Counted from the stretch's first letter, positions 36,548 through 51,641 are shown. The stretch: DNA of 64,000 nt from Eledone cirrhosa (GCA_964016885.1 OZ024758.1:31000001-31064000), one strand, 5' to 3'. Translations and numbers: made by a program. Notes: a model not told the origin generated them from the letters alone.

Positions 36548-39500
36548 AAGAGAGTATTGAAGTTTGCTCGAAGCATTGTGGAACAATAAGTAAATATTTT
36601 TAAGTCGTTTGGAAGCCCCGACAATGCAAATAGGTAAATCTCCGGGTAACAAGGTCCGGTGGTGGAGGGAGAGATGTAAGTGGGTGTACGTTGAGATGCG
36701 TGGTGTGTATAAGATGTGTGAGATGTGTAGAATGAAGGGAAGAGTATAAAGGATAAAAATAAAAATAACAACACGAGAGAGTTACCTTGGGAGAGATTTA
36801 ATAGTCCCTATATATTTCGGATTCACATCCATCAACTGGGGTTTTTTCCGGGGTGGGGGAAAAGGTTGTCTGTCGGACAAGTCCGGAACGCGTCTTTCGC
36901 TGTTTGTTGTTTTGAATATCTGAGGTATTCGGCCGAGCGCGCGTGCGCGTGAAATGGGGTCGGTCGTACAGAGGTCAGCGGCCGAATGAGGGAGTGGGAT
37001 GGCGCTAGCTATCAGTCCATTCTCTGCCTGTTTGTTAAATGTTACTGTGTGTGTGCGCGTGTTGTTGTCTCGCTTGAGTGTGTGTGTGTATGTGTTGTTG
37101 CCTTGTTCATCTGTATTGGCAGTGTAGTATGTTCGTATAGTGGAATGCTACTGTGTGTGTGTGCGTGTGTGTGTGTAGTTGTCTCGTTTGCGTGTGTGTG
37201 TGCGTGTGTTGTTGCATCGCTTGTTAATTTAAACCAGCCATTTCATTTCGCTTCTCTCTGATCGGTTGTTTATTTGCGGTTGCAGTCGTTTGATAAAAAG
37301 CGCTTCCTTGATACGTAACGTGCCGACGTTTCTTTCAGTCGCTAGAATTGTGACAATGGGCCTTCCGTCTTTGTTTCCGCATTTGTCTATGTGTTTTCGG
37401 AAAGACGAGGCCCAGGTTTTAGTGTGTTCCTTGATCCGGATGTGCAAAGGTCGAATTGTGCTACCTATGTAGTATTGGTTGCACCTGTCACATTCTATCT
37501 TATACACGACGTATGTGCGTAGGCAACAGTTAGCATGGCGTATCGGGCAGTCTCTGAGGGAGCATGCGTCAGTAGATTTTTCGGGTTTCCTGGAGAGGCA
37601 TCTTCGCAGGGAGGGGCCCGAGTGGGCCAGGTGGATGTCGAGGCCCTCCCTCCGTATAGCCTTGCGGATAGCGTTGGTGGTTTTTTCGCCCAGGTGTGGC
37701 ATTTTAAGGAAGCACTTGCCTTGGGTGCTTCTCTGTCTCTTGCGTCTGGTGTCTCTTATTCTGTCTGTGATCGAGGTAGGGTACCCGTTCATCTCCAGCA
37801 CCTCGAGGAATCGCTTGGTATGAGTGACACCACTTGCGGGATCGCTGCATCTGTTTTTGATTCGCGCGATCTCGTTCGTGATGTATCCTCTTTTGGCACT
37901 GTTAGGGAGGGCGGACTTGTAGTGAACGAATAGGTCCCTGCAGGCTGCCTTTCTGTAGAAGTTGCAGTGGATCCCTCCTTGTTCCGTGATGTTGATTCGG
38001 AAGTCAAGGAGGGCAAGTGACCCGTCTTCGTTGGGGTGTTCAACACTGAAGTCAATGTTCTCGTCCGTGTTGTTGAACGTCTCATAGATTCTGTTCGCCG
38101 TGTCTTGGGAAGATGTGAGGATGAGGATATCGTCCACGTATCTTGAGAAAAAGGCTACGGCGTTGGGGTGGCAGGCGTTGAGTGCCTTGCGTTCGAGGTT
38201 GTCCATGTAGGAGATCGCTAGCACACCTGATAGGCTTGATCCCATGGGCAATCCCGAGGTTTGTTGGTATATTTGGTCAAGGAATCCGAAGTAGGTGTTG
38301 TCGACGACGATGGATAGGAGTTGGTGGATGTCAGTGGTGGTGAGCCCGAAGCAGTGTAGGTCGGTGGATTGGACGCGTTCCGTTAGTATATTGACGGCCG
38401 GGAGTGCCGGGACCGAGGTGTAGAGGGCGACTACATCAAGGCTGAAAGCATATCTGTTATTCCTTCTGGTGTCGGGATCCATTTGATGCAGGCGCTTCAA
38501 CACCTCCTCGGAGCTGTTAACGTGTCCCGGCAAGGTGTCTAAGATGGGTTTGAGTATTCTGGCTAGGAGCCATGAAATTTTGTAGAGTGGTCCCTCCACG
38601 CTCGATACGATGGGCCTGATTTTCAGGTCGGGTCCCTGTTTGTGTGTTTTCACGAGGTGGTAGAAGGTGGGTATTCTGCTGTTCCTCGTGAGGAGGTTTA
38701 TCTCAGCTTCTTCGGGAGCTTCCGCCGGTCGCAGATGTTGGTCCAGGCGGAGTTGATGTGTTCTTCTATCTGTGCGGGAGTGATTCCCGTGACCTTGGAG
38801 TAGAGGTTGTCATCGTCAAGGTGTTGGAGGGCCTGGGTGTTGTAGGCCTCTATGCTGATGACGCAGAATTCTTTTCTCTTGTCGGAGGGGAGATAGATGA
38901 GGTTCTTCTATTTTAGGTTGGAGAGAGTGGTGAGTTGAGATTTGGTGAGGTTATGTGTTGTGCGTGTGTGTGTGTGTTTGTGAAGTATATCCGAGATGGA
39001 GTGTTTTAGCCTGATGTGTTTAGTGTCGAGTTCGTGGTTGGTGGGTGGAGGGTGGAGTGGGTTGTCGGGGTGGTAAGTGGGGAACTTGGGGTGGGTTGTG
39101 TCGGCGCTGTTATTATCTGTGGCGCTGTTTATAGCGGTCACCCATTTAAGTTGGTAAGAGGTTCAACAACACGGACGAGAACATTGACTTCAGTGTTGAA
39201 CACCCAAACGAAGACTGGTCACTTGCCCTCCTTGACTTCCGAATCAACATCACGGAACAAGGAGGGATCCACTGCAACTTCTACAGAAAGGCAGCCTACA
39301 GGGACCTATTCGTTCACTACAAGTCCGCCCTCCCTAACAGTGCCAAAAGAGGATACATCACGAACGAGATCGCGCGAATCAAAAACAGATGCAGCGATCC
39401 CGCAAGTGGTGTCACTCATACCAAGCGATTCCTCGAGGTGCTGGAGATGAACGGGTACCCTACTTCGATCACAGACAGAATAGGAGACACCAGACGCAAG

Positions 39501-40590
39501 AGACAGAGAAGCACCCAAGGCAAGTGCTTCCTTAAAATGCCACACCTGGGCGAGAAAACCACCAACGCTATCCGCAAGGCTATACGGAGGGAGGGCCTCG
39601 ACATCCACCTGGCCCACTCGGGCCCCTCCCTGCGAAGATGCCTCTCCAGGAAACCCGAAAAATCTACTGACGCATGCTCCCTCAGAGACTGCCCGATACG
39701 CCATGCTAACTGTTGCCTACGCACATACGTCGTGTATAAGATAGAATGTGACAGGTGCAACCAATACTACATAGGTAGCACAATTCGACCTTTGCACATC
39801 CGGATCAAGGAACACACTAAAACCAGGGCCTCGTCTTTCCGGAAACACATAGACAAATGCGGAAACAAAGACGGAAGGCCCATTGTCACAATTCTAGCGA
39901 CTGAAAGAAACGTCGGCACGTTACGTATCAAGGAAGCGCTTTTTATCAAACGACTGCAACCGCAAATAAACAACCGATCAGAGAGAAGCGAAATGAAATG
40001 GCTGGTTTAAATTAACAAGCGATGCAACAACACACGCACACACACACGCAAACGAGATGACTACACACACACATGCACACACACACAGTAGCATTCCACC
40101 ATACGAACATACTACACTGCCAATACAGATGAATAAGGCAACAACACATACACACACACACACACACACTCAAGCGAGACAACAACACACGCACACACAC
40201 ACACAGTAACATTTAACAAACAGGCAGAGAATGGACTGACAGCTAGCGCCATCCCACTCCCTCATTCGGCCGCTGACATCTGTACGACCGACCCCATTTC
40301 ACGCGCACGCGCGCTCTGCCGAATACCTCAGATATTCAAAACAACAAACAGCGAAAGACGCGTTCCGGACTTGTCCGACAGACAACCTTTTCCCCCACCC
40401 CGGAAAAAAACCCCAGTTGATGGATGTGAATCCGAAATATATATTAAATCTCTCCCAAGGTAACTCTCTCTTGTGTTGTTATTTTTATTTTTATCCTTTA
40501 TACTCTTCCCTTCATTCTACACATCTCACACATCTTATACACACCACGCATCTCAACGTACACCCACTTACATCTCTCTCTCTCCACCAC
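36548..40590 (-). mobile_element. Penelope-like (Poseidon-type) retroelement with ~1.4-kb inverted duplicate of its 3' part
   Basis: Minus copy 39150-36548; plus copy 39162-40590 mirrors 38079-36660; both ends abut (TA)n. Confidence 0.92.
37229..38653 (-). CDS. PLE reverse transcriptase plus GIY-YIG endonuclease (N-terminus frameshifted or truncated)
   Basis: KTHK..IRPIVS, FSLDVVALYTSV, GLPMGSSLS, RYVDD, LLDF, VVYKIECDRCNQYYIGST..RIKEH..KEALFIKRLQPQIN. Confidence 0.93.
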   Translation of the reverse strand: MKTHKQGPDLKIRPIVSSVEGPLYKISWLLARILKPILDTLPGHVNSSEEVLKRLHQMDPDTRRNNRYAFSLDVVALYTSVPALPAVNILTERVQSTDLHCFGLTTTDIHQLLSIVVDNTYFGFLDQIYQQTSGLPMGSSLSGVLAISYMDNLERKALNACHPNAVAFFSRYVDDILILTSSQDTANRIYETFNNTDENIDFSVEHPNEDGSLALLDFRINITEQGGIHCNFYRKAACRDLFVHYKSALPNSAKRGYITNEIARIKNRCSDPASGVTHTKRFLEVLEMNGYPTSITDRIRDTRRKRQRSTQGKCFLKMPHLGEKTTNAIRKAIRREGLDIHLAHSGPSLRRCLSRKPEKSTDACSLRDCPIRHANCCLRTYVVYKIECDRCNQYYIGSTIRPLHIRIKEHTKTWASSFRKHIDKCGNKDGRPIVTILATERNVGTLRIKEALFIKRLQPQINNRSERSEMKWLV

Positions 40591-40596
40591 CATACT

Positions 40597-40691
<95 letters not shown>

Positions 40692-40710
40692 GCATATATA
40701 TATATATACA

Positions 40711-40786
<76 letters not shown>

Positions 40787-40796
40787 CGTGTGAATA

Positions 40797-40935
40797 CGCA
40801 TGGCTTAGTGGTTAGAACATTGGGCTTGCAATCGAAAGGTTGTGAATTCAATTCTCGGACCGAGTCATGTGTTGTTTCCTTGAGCAAGACACTTTATTTC
40901 ACGTTGCTCCAGTTTACTCAGCTGTAGAAATGAGA
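40797..40935 (+). mobile_element. tRNA-headed SINE (related copies at 58580-58725 and, degenerate, 47340-47500)
   Basis: A-box TGGCTTAGTGG, B-box-like GAATTCAATTC, then TTCCTTGAGCAAGACACTTT..TTGCTCCAGTTTACTCAGCTG. Confidence 0.7.
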
Positions 40936-41116
40936 TGATAGGGACTGGGATTTCCTATCATTAAATCACCCAAGACATATATATATGTATATATATATAT
41001 AACGATATATATCGTGGAGGAGGCCAGCTAAACCTGCATAGGTGTAAGCTGTAACAACAAAAATATATATGTATACATATATGTACATATATATATATGT
41101 ATATATACACACACAC

Positions 41117-41150
<34 letters not shown>

Positions 41151-41377
41151 ATATATGTGTGTGTGTATATGTGAATGGTGAGAATCGATTTTATAACACA
41201 TTTTCTCTCATATCTTTTATAACATTACGACTGTATAATCGTACTCAATATAATGGCTGAGACATGATGTGATGGGCAGGGTGATCCACTGGCACCACTG
41301 CAAACTAAACAATTTACCACATTCCGATCCTCTACTAATACTACCAATCTACCGCCGTTAATAATATATACATATTT

Positions 41378-41627
<250 letters not shown>

Positions 41628-41805
41628 ATATTACTGTTCTGGATTCTCCTGCATTGAACCACCTAGGTACTATGACATAACCTGTGTATTTGCTGGCATT
41701 AGCGTACATCTGTGCGCTTATGTTAGTAGATATATTAAATTATCTATATATATATATAGCAACATGACCCTCCCAAAGTATAACAATATATATATATATA
41801 TATAT

Positions 41806-43657
41806 ATAAGCAAAAGGGATATTTAATTTGTTTGTAATTCAACAAATATAAATGTTTATAACTGATTCAGAGCACTCGACAAGTTTTCTGGAGTATAATA
41901 TTCAATGATATTAAATAAATGGAAACTATATTTATAAAACCATATTTATTCTATTATATATATTTCAAGGGTACCAAAACTTTGGTACGCTATCATCAGA
42001 TAGAATACGAAGTGTGTTTTATAAATTTTGACATAACCAAGAAAAGATACCTTAACGGCTCAAGTTTTTCTTGGATAGTGAAGGGATACGAGAAGAAAAG
42101 TCAGATATTCCAAATTATAAAGATGAGTATGCAAATGAGGTTGAGGTATAGGGCTGAAAAAACCCCGTTATTTTAGACGCTATGCAAATTTAATTAATTA
42201 GGATATATGTATGTCTGAGTAGGAAGAAGAAAAAGGAAGATGAGCTTGTATTTACCTTAATTTAAAAGGAATTTACAATTTTGGGGAATGGTGGAATATG
42301 ATTCCAGAGTTTATTTAGCTATATTATGAGTTATAATATTGTATATATAATCAATTAGATTATAAGGTTGTAAGTAGATTTTATCGTATTACATTACAAT
42401 AGGTTATACGTATATAAATATCTATATAGATTGATAATTGTGCATGCATAAGTATTATAGAAATAGAAATAATTTACAATTATTCGTTGTTTACTTTTCT
42501 AATATGAGTTACGAAGGATGTTGGTTTTGCATTTTACATCAAAAACAGGTGGTTCAAGTTGTAAGGGGTATTCTAATGATACCCCTCTAAATATATTTTT
42601 TTCTTAGATGTAGATTGATAATCTTTAATTGACATTCTGAAAATGTATCCTCTTTACGATAGTTCTTCGAAATGCACTACGTTTTTCCTCTCCTTTTGAT
42701 CTTCAAACTTTCAGACATCCTTCGACTAAAATAATTAATCTCACACAAAATAATATATAATTTTCTCTATAAATCTTCTGAGTAAATCATTCATCAAATT
42801 TAACGATTAACAAACAAGACTGGAGTTATCTTTCCATTTTCAATCGTGCAAACATAAACATATTATATTATAATATGTACGATAAACTATATAACTTCGC
42901 TAAATTATCAATATTCTGAAAACACTTTCAATTTTGGAACAAAATATTCGAACCTACAAATTGTTATCCTCTTACAACTTGAACCACCTGTTTTTTTTAT
43001 GTAAAATGCAAAACCAACATCCTTCGTAACTCATATTAGAAATATAAACAACTAATAATTGTAAATTATTTCTATTTCTATAATACTTATGCATGCACAA
43101 TTATCAATCTATATAGATATTTATATACGTAATGTAATGTAATAAGATAAAATATACTTACAACCATAATTCTTCATTTAATCTAATTGATTATATATAT
43201 AATATTATAACTCATAAAATAGCTAAATAAATTTAAATTCTGGAATCATATTCCACCATTCCCCAAAATTGTTAATTCCTTTTAAATTAACGTAAATACA
43301 AGCTCTTCTTCCTTTATCTTCTTCCTACTCATACATATATCCTAATTATTTAAATTCTGCATAGCGTCTAAAATAACGTTTTTTTTCAGCCCTATATCTC
43401 AACCTCATTTGCATACTCATCTTAATAATTTGAAATATCTGACTTTTCTTCTCTCATCCATTCACTATTCAAGGATAACTTGAACCGTTAAAGTATCTTT
43501 TCTTGGTTATGTCAAAATTTATAAGACAAACTTTGTATTTTATCTGATGAAAGCGTACCAAAGTTTTGGTACCCTTGAAATATATATAATAGAATACATA
43601 TGGTATTTCCATTAATAGAATAAATATGGTATTTCCATTTATTTAATATCATTGTAT
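41806..43657. mobile_element. Large family H1 fold-back element (~670-bp arms) with two HHRs
   Basis: 41903-42565 mirrors 42970-43657; HHRs at 41947-42008 (minus) and 43535-43597 (plus). Confidence 0.85.
43535..43597 (+). ncRNA. Type I hammerhead ribozyme (family H1)
   Basis: GTATTTTAT-CTGATGA-AAGCGTACCAA-AGTT-TTGGTACCCTT-GAAA-TATATA-TA-ATAGAATAC. Confidence 0.85.
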
Positions 43658-43714
43658 ATATATATATATTAATTCTGGCAATATTATTACAACAATATGA
43701 CCCTCCCCAAGTAT

Positions 43715-43814
<100 letters not shown>

Positions 43815-43825
43815 ATATATATATA

Positions 43826-43884
43826 TATAACTTTGATATCTTTGATAGGTTTCGGCCATGTCTAACTTAATAGCACTACCTGGC
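43826..43884 (-). mobile_element. Extreme 3' tip of a CR1-group LINE related to 34727-34803
   Basis: Minus strand GCCAGGTAGTGCTATTAAGTTAGACATGGCC...TCAAAGATATCAAAGTTA. Confidence 0.7.
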
Positions 43885-43919
43885 ATATATACACACACAC
43901 ACACACACACAAACACGCA

Positions 43920-44029
<110 letters not shown>

Positions 44030-44190
44030 CATAAAATGTGTGAGATCCGTGGTACAGTTAGGTATATTTGAAAAAAAGGAAAAGAATGATTTCACTTGTA
44101 GTTCTAAACAAATTTATTTAATTTTGTAACATATAACCACAAAATGTAGCACCATCACGAGACCGAGGTATTCCGTACTTCTCTGTACTG

Positions 44191-44247
<57 letters not shown>

Positions 44248-44629
44248 CATATTCGTGTACAGATATTTTTGCATACATAATAACAAAATATAAACAAACG
44301 TATTTATTTCACGAGGCTCGAAAAGGATAAATATATATCAAATATATAAGAACCCTAGAGCAAATCCCGGGCAACGCCGGGACATTCTGCTAGTAATACT
44401 ATAAAATTAAATCAATTTGTTTAGAACTATATGTGATGTCATTCTTTTCCCTTTTTTCAAATATATATATATATATTTATATATATATATATATATATAG
44501 TAATAATAAATTTGAAGACTAAAATCCAAAGCGGGCTCGATAAGGATAAATATATATCAAATATATAAGAACCGTAGAGCAAATATTTATTAAAATAACA
44601 GATTAAAGTTTAAGCAAAAACTCACTTTC

Positions 44630-44687
<58 letters not shown>

Positions 44688-45595
44688 CGTAAAATAAGAA
44701 AATTATAAAATTAACTTACTTACTAAAATATCACTTCCAACTAATTAGTTTCTGGAATGGAGTAAATATATTTTCCGAAGAAACCATAAAGAAACATTCC
44801 GTCGTCAGGGAAGACTATTCTCATCTAAGTAACCAGGCAAAGCGTGGACACTGGAAACTTATTAAAAAATAATTCAGTGGATAGAAAATAGCAAAGCGTG
44901 GACTGAATTCCTAGCCATTGAGAAAATCACTGCCTCTACGTCGGTGGCAAATTCAAAAAGAATCAATCACGTGACATCGAGGTCAATCAGTGGAAAGTGG
45001 TTTGCTAATAAGACAGCGGCCTGCCTGCTACCATAGCAGCAGTCGTGGCCAATATTGCTCGACAAATAATTTGGAGATAATTATAAAGAATTAATATCTA
45101 GTAACATGTTACTAGATATTAATTCTTTATATATATATATATATGTTCGAAAGTAAGTTTTCTTAATATATCCCACAAGGTAAAATATATGGGAAACAGA
45201 AGTTGAAAATGCACTTACTGTTTATAAGAATGTTTAGTTACCATAATTTATAAGTTTACCGGTTTCACAAGTTTCACGATTTTCAAAAGTTAAGTCTGAT
45301 CGCAAGAACTGTAGATAAGCATCTTTACAGACATTTGAAATTTATCTCACTGATTTTTGAAATTTTTTCAGTTTTAATTTTAATAATATTGCTCACATTG
45401 ATATATGTTCGAAGTACAATTTTATATTATCAGGGAAAATACATGATTAGGTGCAGAATTTCGTGGTACTTTCGCGCCAAAAAATGGGGGTTTCCTCGTT
45501 TAATGAATATGGCCTGTCGCATGCCATGTATATTTATATGTTTATGTTTAAACATATACTATTTATATAAACGCCCATACATATGTGTACATACA

Positions 45596-45626
<31 letters not shown>

Positions 45627-46109
45627 GCTAGCGTATCACATATATAATGTAGTGAACTAAAATCCTTCAATATATTTACATTGTCCTTGCAATTTGAAAA
45701 CGTGTGCTCCTTATATATATATGGTTGTGTGTGTGTGTGAGTGTGTATGTATGTATATATATACATATATATATGTATTTATTTATATATATATAAATGT
45801 GTGTATATATATACATATATTATGTAAGTATATATATATGTATATCTCTCTCTCTCTATATATATATATATATTTATATATAAATATATATATATATTTA
45901 TATATATATATATATATATATGCATACACATAGTTATATATGTATATATATATATATATATATATAAACACACAGATATATATATATATACATATATATA
46001 TACACACATATCTCTATACACACATATATATATATATATACACACACCATATATATACACACACACACACACATATATATATGTATGTATACATCTATAT
46101 ACGCGTGTC

Positions 46110-46146
<37 letters not shown>

Positions 46147-47894
46147 TCACACACAAGTTATTTGCGTATTCTGGACTAAAAATACATTGCTATAAAACAA
46201 TTTGCCTGAATGATCAACCATATTTTATAAGAAAAAAAATGAAGAATTCATACTTCTGTTGAGAAAATAATTCTATCAATGTTTCTTTGTCCCAAGTTCT
46301 GATTGATTATCTTTCAAGAATACTTCCTGCAATCTGAAGGGAATCTGATAGATGACTGCAAAACAAATGATGTTCGCGTAGCTATAGTTCTTGAAGTTTT
46401 CCATGGAGAATACATATACAATTCTTTAGTAGAATTGAATGTTGTTTAAGTGTTGAATACACATATGCTATTTTCTGTTGTAAAACGAAACAAATAAGTA
46501 AATAAAAGCAAATAAAACGAAGACTGAAGTCGTATAATATTAGTAATTGTCTTTTGTTTTCTTTTGTCTTCGTCTTGCGTTTTTCTTCCATGGGAGTTAA
46601 ATTGCTGCCAACGGAAATAATTCTTTGATATAAATATTTTTCATACACACCATATAAAAAGGCGTATTTGGGTTTCGAAATTTTTATATTTATTTTATTA
46701 GCTGATTAAATTTGAAGTGATTGATTAATACTAGTGTGTTCTCCTTTCTTGTTACAATCACCACATTTCAATCGCTGTATACTCCAGCCATTTTCAGGTG
46801 TCTTACATTCTTTGGTAATATTCTCGAAATTTCAAACCGAGCACTTTTTTAAAATCACCGTGATAAATTATTCTCAGGATAAATTATTATTCATTCCCAG
46901 GATATACTCTTACAAATTGGTTATTCGTAGTGTCTCTTGCTCCGTTTAAGTTAATCATTTGTTGATGGAAAAGTGGTAAGATAGCGAACAACATAGGAAG
47001 AAAAGATATCAGTGCATATTCTTAATTCTGATAATATCCTCGGTAGACCTAGCTTATATATGAACTCCATATGGTGCACATTACTTAAGAAAGAACGATT
47101 ATCTAAGACTATAAAAAGACACTAGGTCGAATAAATCGGTTTATAATATGAATAAATCTTCATCACAGTACTTCAGGCTAAGATTATAAGCGTATATTCA
47201 TGGATGCATTTTCTGTGTTAATATTCATACATAACAAAATGTAGTTTCAACATAACATTTGAAGCTAACAAGCGTCTACTAGTTGTTCTAACGATGTGGT
47301 ACTTACAACTAATTGAAGTCGTTTGTGAAAGTTGTTAAAGGAGTTGCTAACCACTGTTAAGAATTTTGTATCGCAATCATGAGATCCCGAGCCCAATACA
47401 ATTGTGAGGCTTCGTAGCCTAGAGACTTTATCGTGTGCCCGGGTCTAAATGAGCAATCTGAATAAACCTAGATAGGAAGAAACTATTCAGGTGCCTGTGG
47501 TGTTTGTAGTTGTCGTTTTTCTCGCTGGGCGAGTTACTAGTAAGCTAGCAATTTTTTTCTAAAGACACAGTCTTCATTATCCAAAGCATACTTGTAGTAT
47601 TATAAAGCAGGTCATTTATTATTTTCTGCTTCGAATTTTCAGAGTTGCTTGTCTTATCGACGCAATTGCGAACCAAGTTGAACTGAAACAAGTTGAGTCG
47701 ATAATTTTCATTTAATTTTTTTTTTAACGAAAATCAATTAAATAAACTAAACTTTCTTAATAAAATAGATTTACGTAACACAAACATGTAAAAAAATTCA
47801 TTCAATTCCTGAAAATTCCTTACCAAAAACAAAGTCAATGACTAGCCAACAGCAACAACGAGAGAAAAACAGTTCTATTCAAGCGTTTTATATA

Positions 47895-48360
47895 ATAATA
47901 ATAATTGTTTCTACTATTGGCACAAGGCCAGCAATTTAACCAGTGCATTACTGGTACTATAACGATTTCTACTATAGGCACAAGGTCAGCAATTTGTAGG
48001 ACAGGGGAAAGAAGATTATATCGACTCCAGTGCATTACTGGTACTTTATTTTATCGACCCCGTAAGGATGAAAGGCAAAGCTAACCTCAGTGGGATTTGA
48101 ACTCAGAACTTCTATGCCGCGAAGCATGTTGTCCGGTGTTCTACCGATACTGTCAATAATAATAATAATAATTGTTTCTATTTTCGCACAAGGCCAGCAA
48201 TTAACCAGTACATAACTGGTACTTTATTTTATCAACCTCGTAAGGATGAAAGGCAAAGTTAACCTCGGCGAGATTTGAACTCAGAATGATAAGGGCCGTA
48301 ACTCTATGCGTCGAAGCATGGCGTCCGACCCTCTATCGATACTGCCAATCTACCGCCCTT

Positions 48361-48401
<41 letters not shown>

Positions 48402-48830
48402 TAATAATAATAATAATTGTTTCTACTCTGGGCACAAAGCCAGCAATTTGGTGGGGAGGGGGACCAAGTCGCTTATATCAACTCCAGTCGTACTTCTACT
48501 TTATTTTATCGACCCCGAAAGGATGAAAGGCAAAGTTGATCTCATCCTGACTTGAAGTCAGAGTGTGAAGAGCAGAAATAAATACTACTAAGTATTAATA
48601 CTACTACGTTTTAATGACTGTCAATCCACTTCTGTTAATGATTTCTAACTTAGGTACAAAGCTAGCAATGTTAGAGGGGAGGGGTCGATTTAATTGACCC
48701 CTGCATTTGACTAGAACTTTATTTTATCTACCATGAAAAAATGAAAAGCAAAGTTGACTTCGGCGGGATTTGAACTCAGAACGTAAAAATACATAATAAA
48801 ATACCGTAAATCATTTTTTCCGACGTTTCA
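47895..48830 (-). mobile_element. Tandem cluster of about 5 SINE copies or fragments separated by (AAT)n
   Basis: Repeated GGCACAAGGCCAGCAATT...GGATGAAAGGCAAAG...GGATTTGAACTCAGA. Confidence 0.85.
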
Positions 48831-49289
48831 GTGATTTTACCAAATTCTCTTTACAAATTCCTCAACATACATGCAATAAATGTAAAAGATTATTTCGGAA
48901 AGAGAACGTGGAGTCTGGAGAAAAAACGAACTGGAAATAAGGATAGCAGCAGAACTACGTTTTCCATTCAGTTTAATTGAACACGTGTCATAAGAGATGA
49001 TGTCTGCCATATTGTTCTTTAAAGAAAACAACACAATTGAAAGCAATGTTTATTTTTTAATAATGGTTTCTTGATTTATTTGCCTGGTAGCTTCTAGCAG
49101 TTGTGTGTTTGGCTACATATGTTCGTAAGATGATTTCCATATGTGTATGTGTGCAAGATTTGTATATTTGTATGACTGTGTGTGAACGTTTATGTGAAAA
49201 CGTGTGTGTGTGTTTGTGTGTACACAAATATGTGCGTGTGAATATATATATATATATATATACACTTGTATACGTATATATACATATAC

Positions 49290-49331
<42 letters not shown>

Positions 49332-49358
49332 TTGTATACGTAAATATACATATACATA

Positions 49359-49396
<38 letters not shown>

Positions 49397-49407
49397 CATA
49401 TATATAC

Positions 49408-49438
<31 letters not shown>

Positions 49439-49471
49439 AATACATATATATACATATATATATATATATAC

Positions 49472-49521
<50 letters not shown>

Positions 49522-49554
49522 ATATATATTTATATATAAATATATATATACAAA

Positions 49555-49623
<69 letters not shown>

Positions 49624-50875
49624 ACATATATATGTATATTGAGGGTCATGTGTATGTGTACGTGAGTGAGTGTATGTGAATCTGGTTAAAGCTGTGCGTT
49701 GGTGTCTGTGCATGCGCATTACACAGAGAAATGCGTATGTTCATGCCTTCACTATAGTTTGTATGTGAGTGAGAAATTGATGGGTGTATATGTGTCGTAA
49801 TGTGATATATATGAAGATGTACGTGTATGAGAGAGATAGAGAGAGAGTGAAAGAGTGAGAATTAACAGATAAAGAGGGGAACAGAGAGAGTAAGAGAGCG
49901 AGGGAAATAGAGAGAGTAAGAGATAGAGAGGGACAGAGAGAGAGAGAGAGAGAGTAAGGGAAAGAGAGTGAAAGAGAGGGAGAGTAAGAGATAGAGAGTG
50001 GGCGAGAGAGAGAAAGAGGGAGTGCATTGGTAATTAATAATGATCATATGTATTTATGGTGGCATTATGTGGCAAGGGGAACTCACTGAACTTTTAACAT
50101 ATTTCGTGTGGGGAGAACTACTATATGCCTGTTTGTATATATATATATATGTATATGTGTGTGTGTGTGTGCTTGTAAGCGTGTGTGTGTGCATATTAAT
50201 ATACATGATTCATGATCAAACATTCACCTGTATGCGCGTATGAATGAACATATTCATATGAATGATTGTTCATGTATGTTAACAGGAATAAACATAAGCA
50301 TATTCCGGCAATGTATTCATGTGTGTATGTGACCATGCGTTGCTAGCCTGCGTGTTTGCATATTTATTCAGCGCAGTCGAGCGATATTCTACGTCAAAAT
50401 AATATTCATCAAGATAGATACACTGCATTCTAAAACGGTATCGCCTGAAGGAATTGCCAGACCTATTCTAAAAAGCTGTCAAAATCTGTGTAAGACATTA
50501 AAGAAATCCCATGTGGAAGTAGAATTTTCTGTTTCCTTTGCGTCGAAAATACGAAGACGTTAATAAGACTGATGTTAATTTTAAACTTTCAAAATCAACT
50601 TCAATATGTCTAAAACTGGTTTTGTTATTTTACAATGTAGTGTTATGTAGATAATCCCTTGTTGGTAGAATTCCTGAATAGAGAAAGCGAGGAGTAAGTA
50701 TGCAAATGTTGAAATCTCTTAGCAGATTCAACTTCAAATTATTTTGTGCGGAAGCCGTCATCACAAATTGTAAGATTACCGTTGCTTTTTAAAATATTCA
50801 GCGCATTAAAACATTTACTATTGGGAATTACTTTCAGTAATATATATATAATAATACCTATCGGTATTTTCAAAC

Positions 50876-50931
<56 letters not shown>

Positions 50932-50932
<1 letters not shown>

Positions 50933-51641
50933 CAAGGTTTAGCAAATAAGGAAAAGTTTCAAAATAAATTTCAAAAAATTCACTATACTCTCTATGGTTA
51001 CCTTTACCGAATCGGTTTGGAGTCTCAAAAATAAATGGACAGTCTTGCGGCCTTCCATTGAAAAGATAGAAGGTTCTTTTCACTCGGAGAATATAAAATT
51101 CCCGAGTTCAAATTACGAACTGGCGCTATTCAAAATTGTTCCCGAGATGAGAATGAATGATGTGGAAGTAATTCTGTCCAGTGCCGTGTGTAAAGATAGA
51201 AGCAGAGGCAGGGAGGTCAGTCTACTACCACTATAAATAGCAGCAGTCAAAACGACCAAATTTTATCTCGACCAAGAGGAGAATTATAATAATAAAGTAT
51301 ATATCCCTACACGAAAAAAGCGTCCAGGGACGCATGTATTGTCCAACCATATGCCAATGTGGTTCAATGGCAAGTTAATAAATTAACAACCCAGAACATA
51401 TATATTCAAGGTTTAGCAAATAAGAAAAAGTTTCAAAATAAATTTCAAAAAATTCACTGTACTCAATATGGTTACCTTTACCGAATCGGTTTCGAAATTT
51501 ATTTTGAAACTTTTTCTTATTTGCTAAACCTTGATTATATATGTTCTGGCATGTTAAATTATTAACCTGCCATTGAACCACATTGGCATATGGTTGGACA
51601 ATACATGTGTCCCTGGACGCTTTTTGCGTGTAGGGATATAT

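Noticed and set aside
40797-40870. tRNA gene
   Set aside because: No complete cloverleaf and it continues into a SINE body; it is a tRNA-derived head only
47895-48830. Repeat-spacer-like periodicity suggesting a CRISPR array
   Set aside because: The units are variable-length SINE copies with a B-box and (AAT)n tails; eukaryotic context and no cas genes
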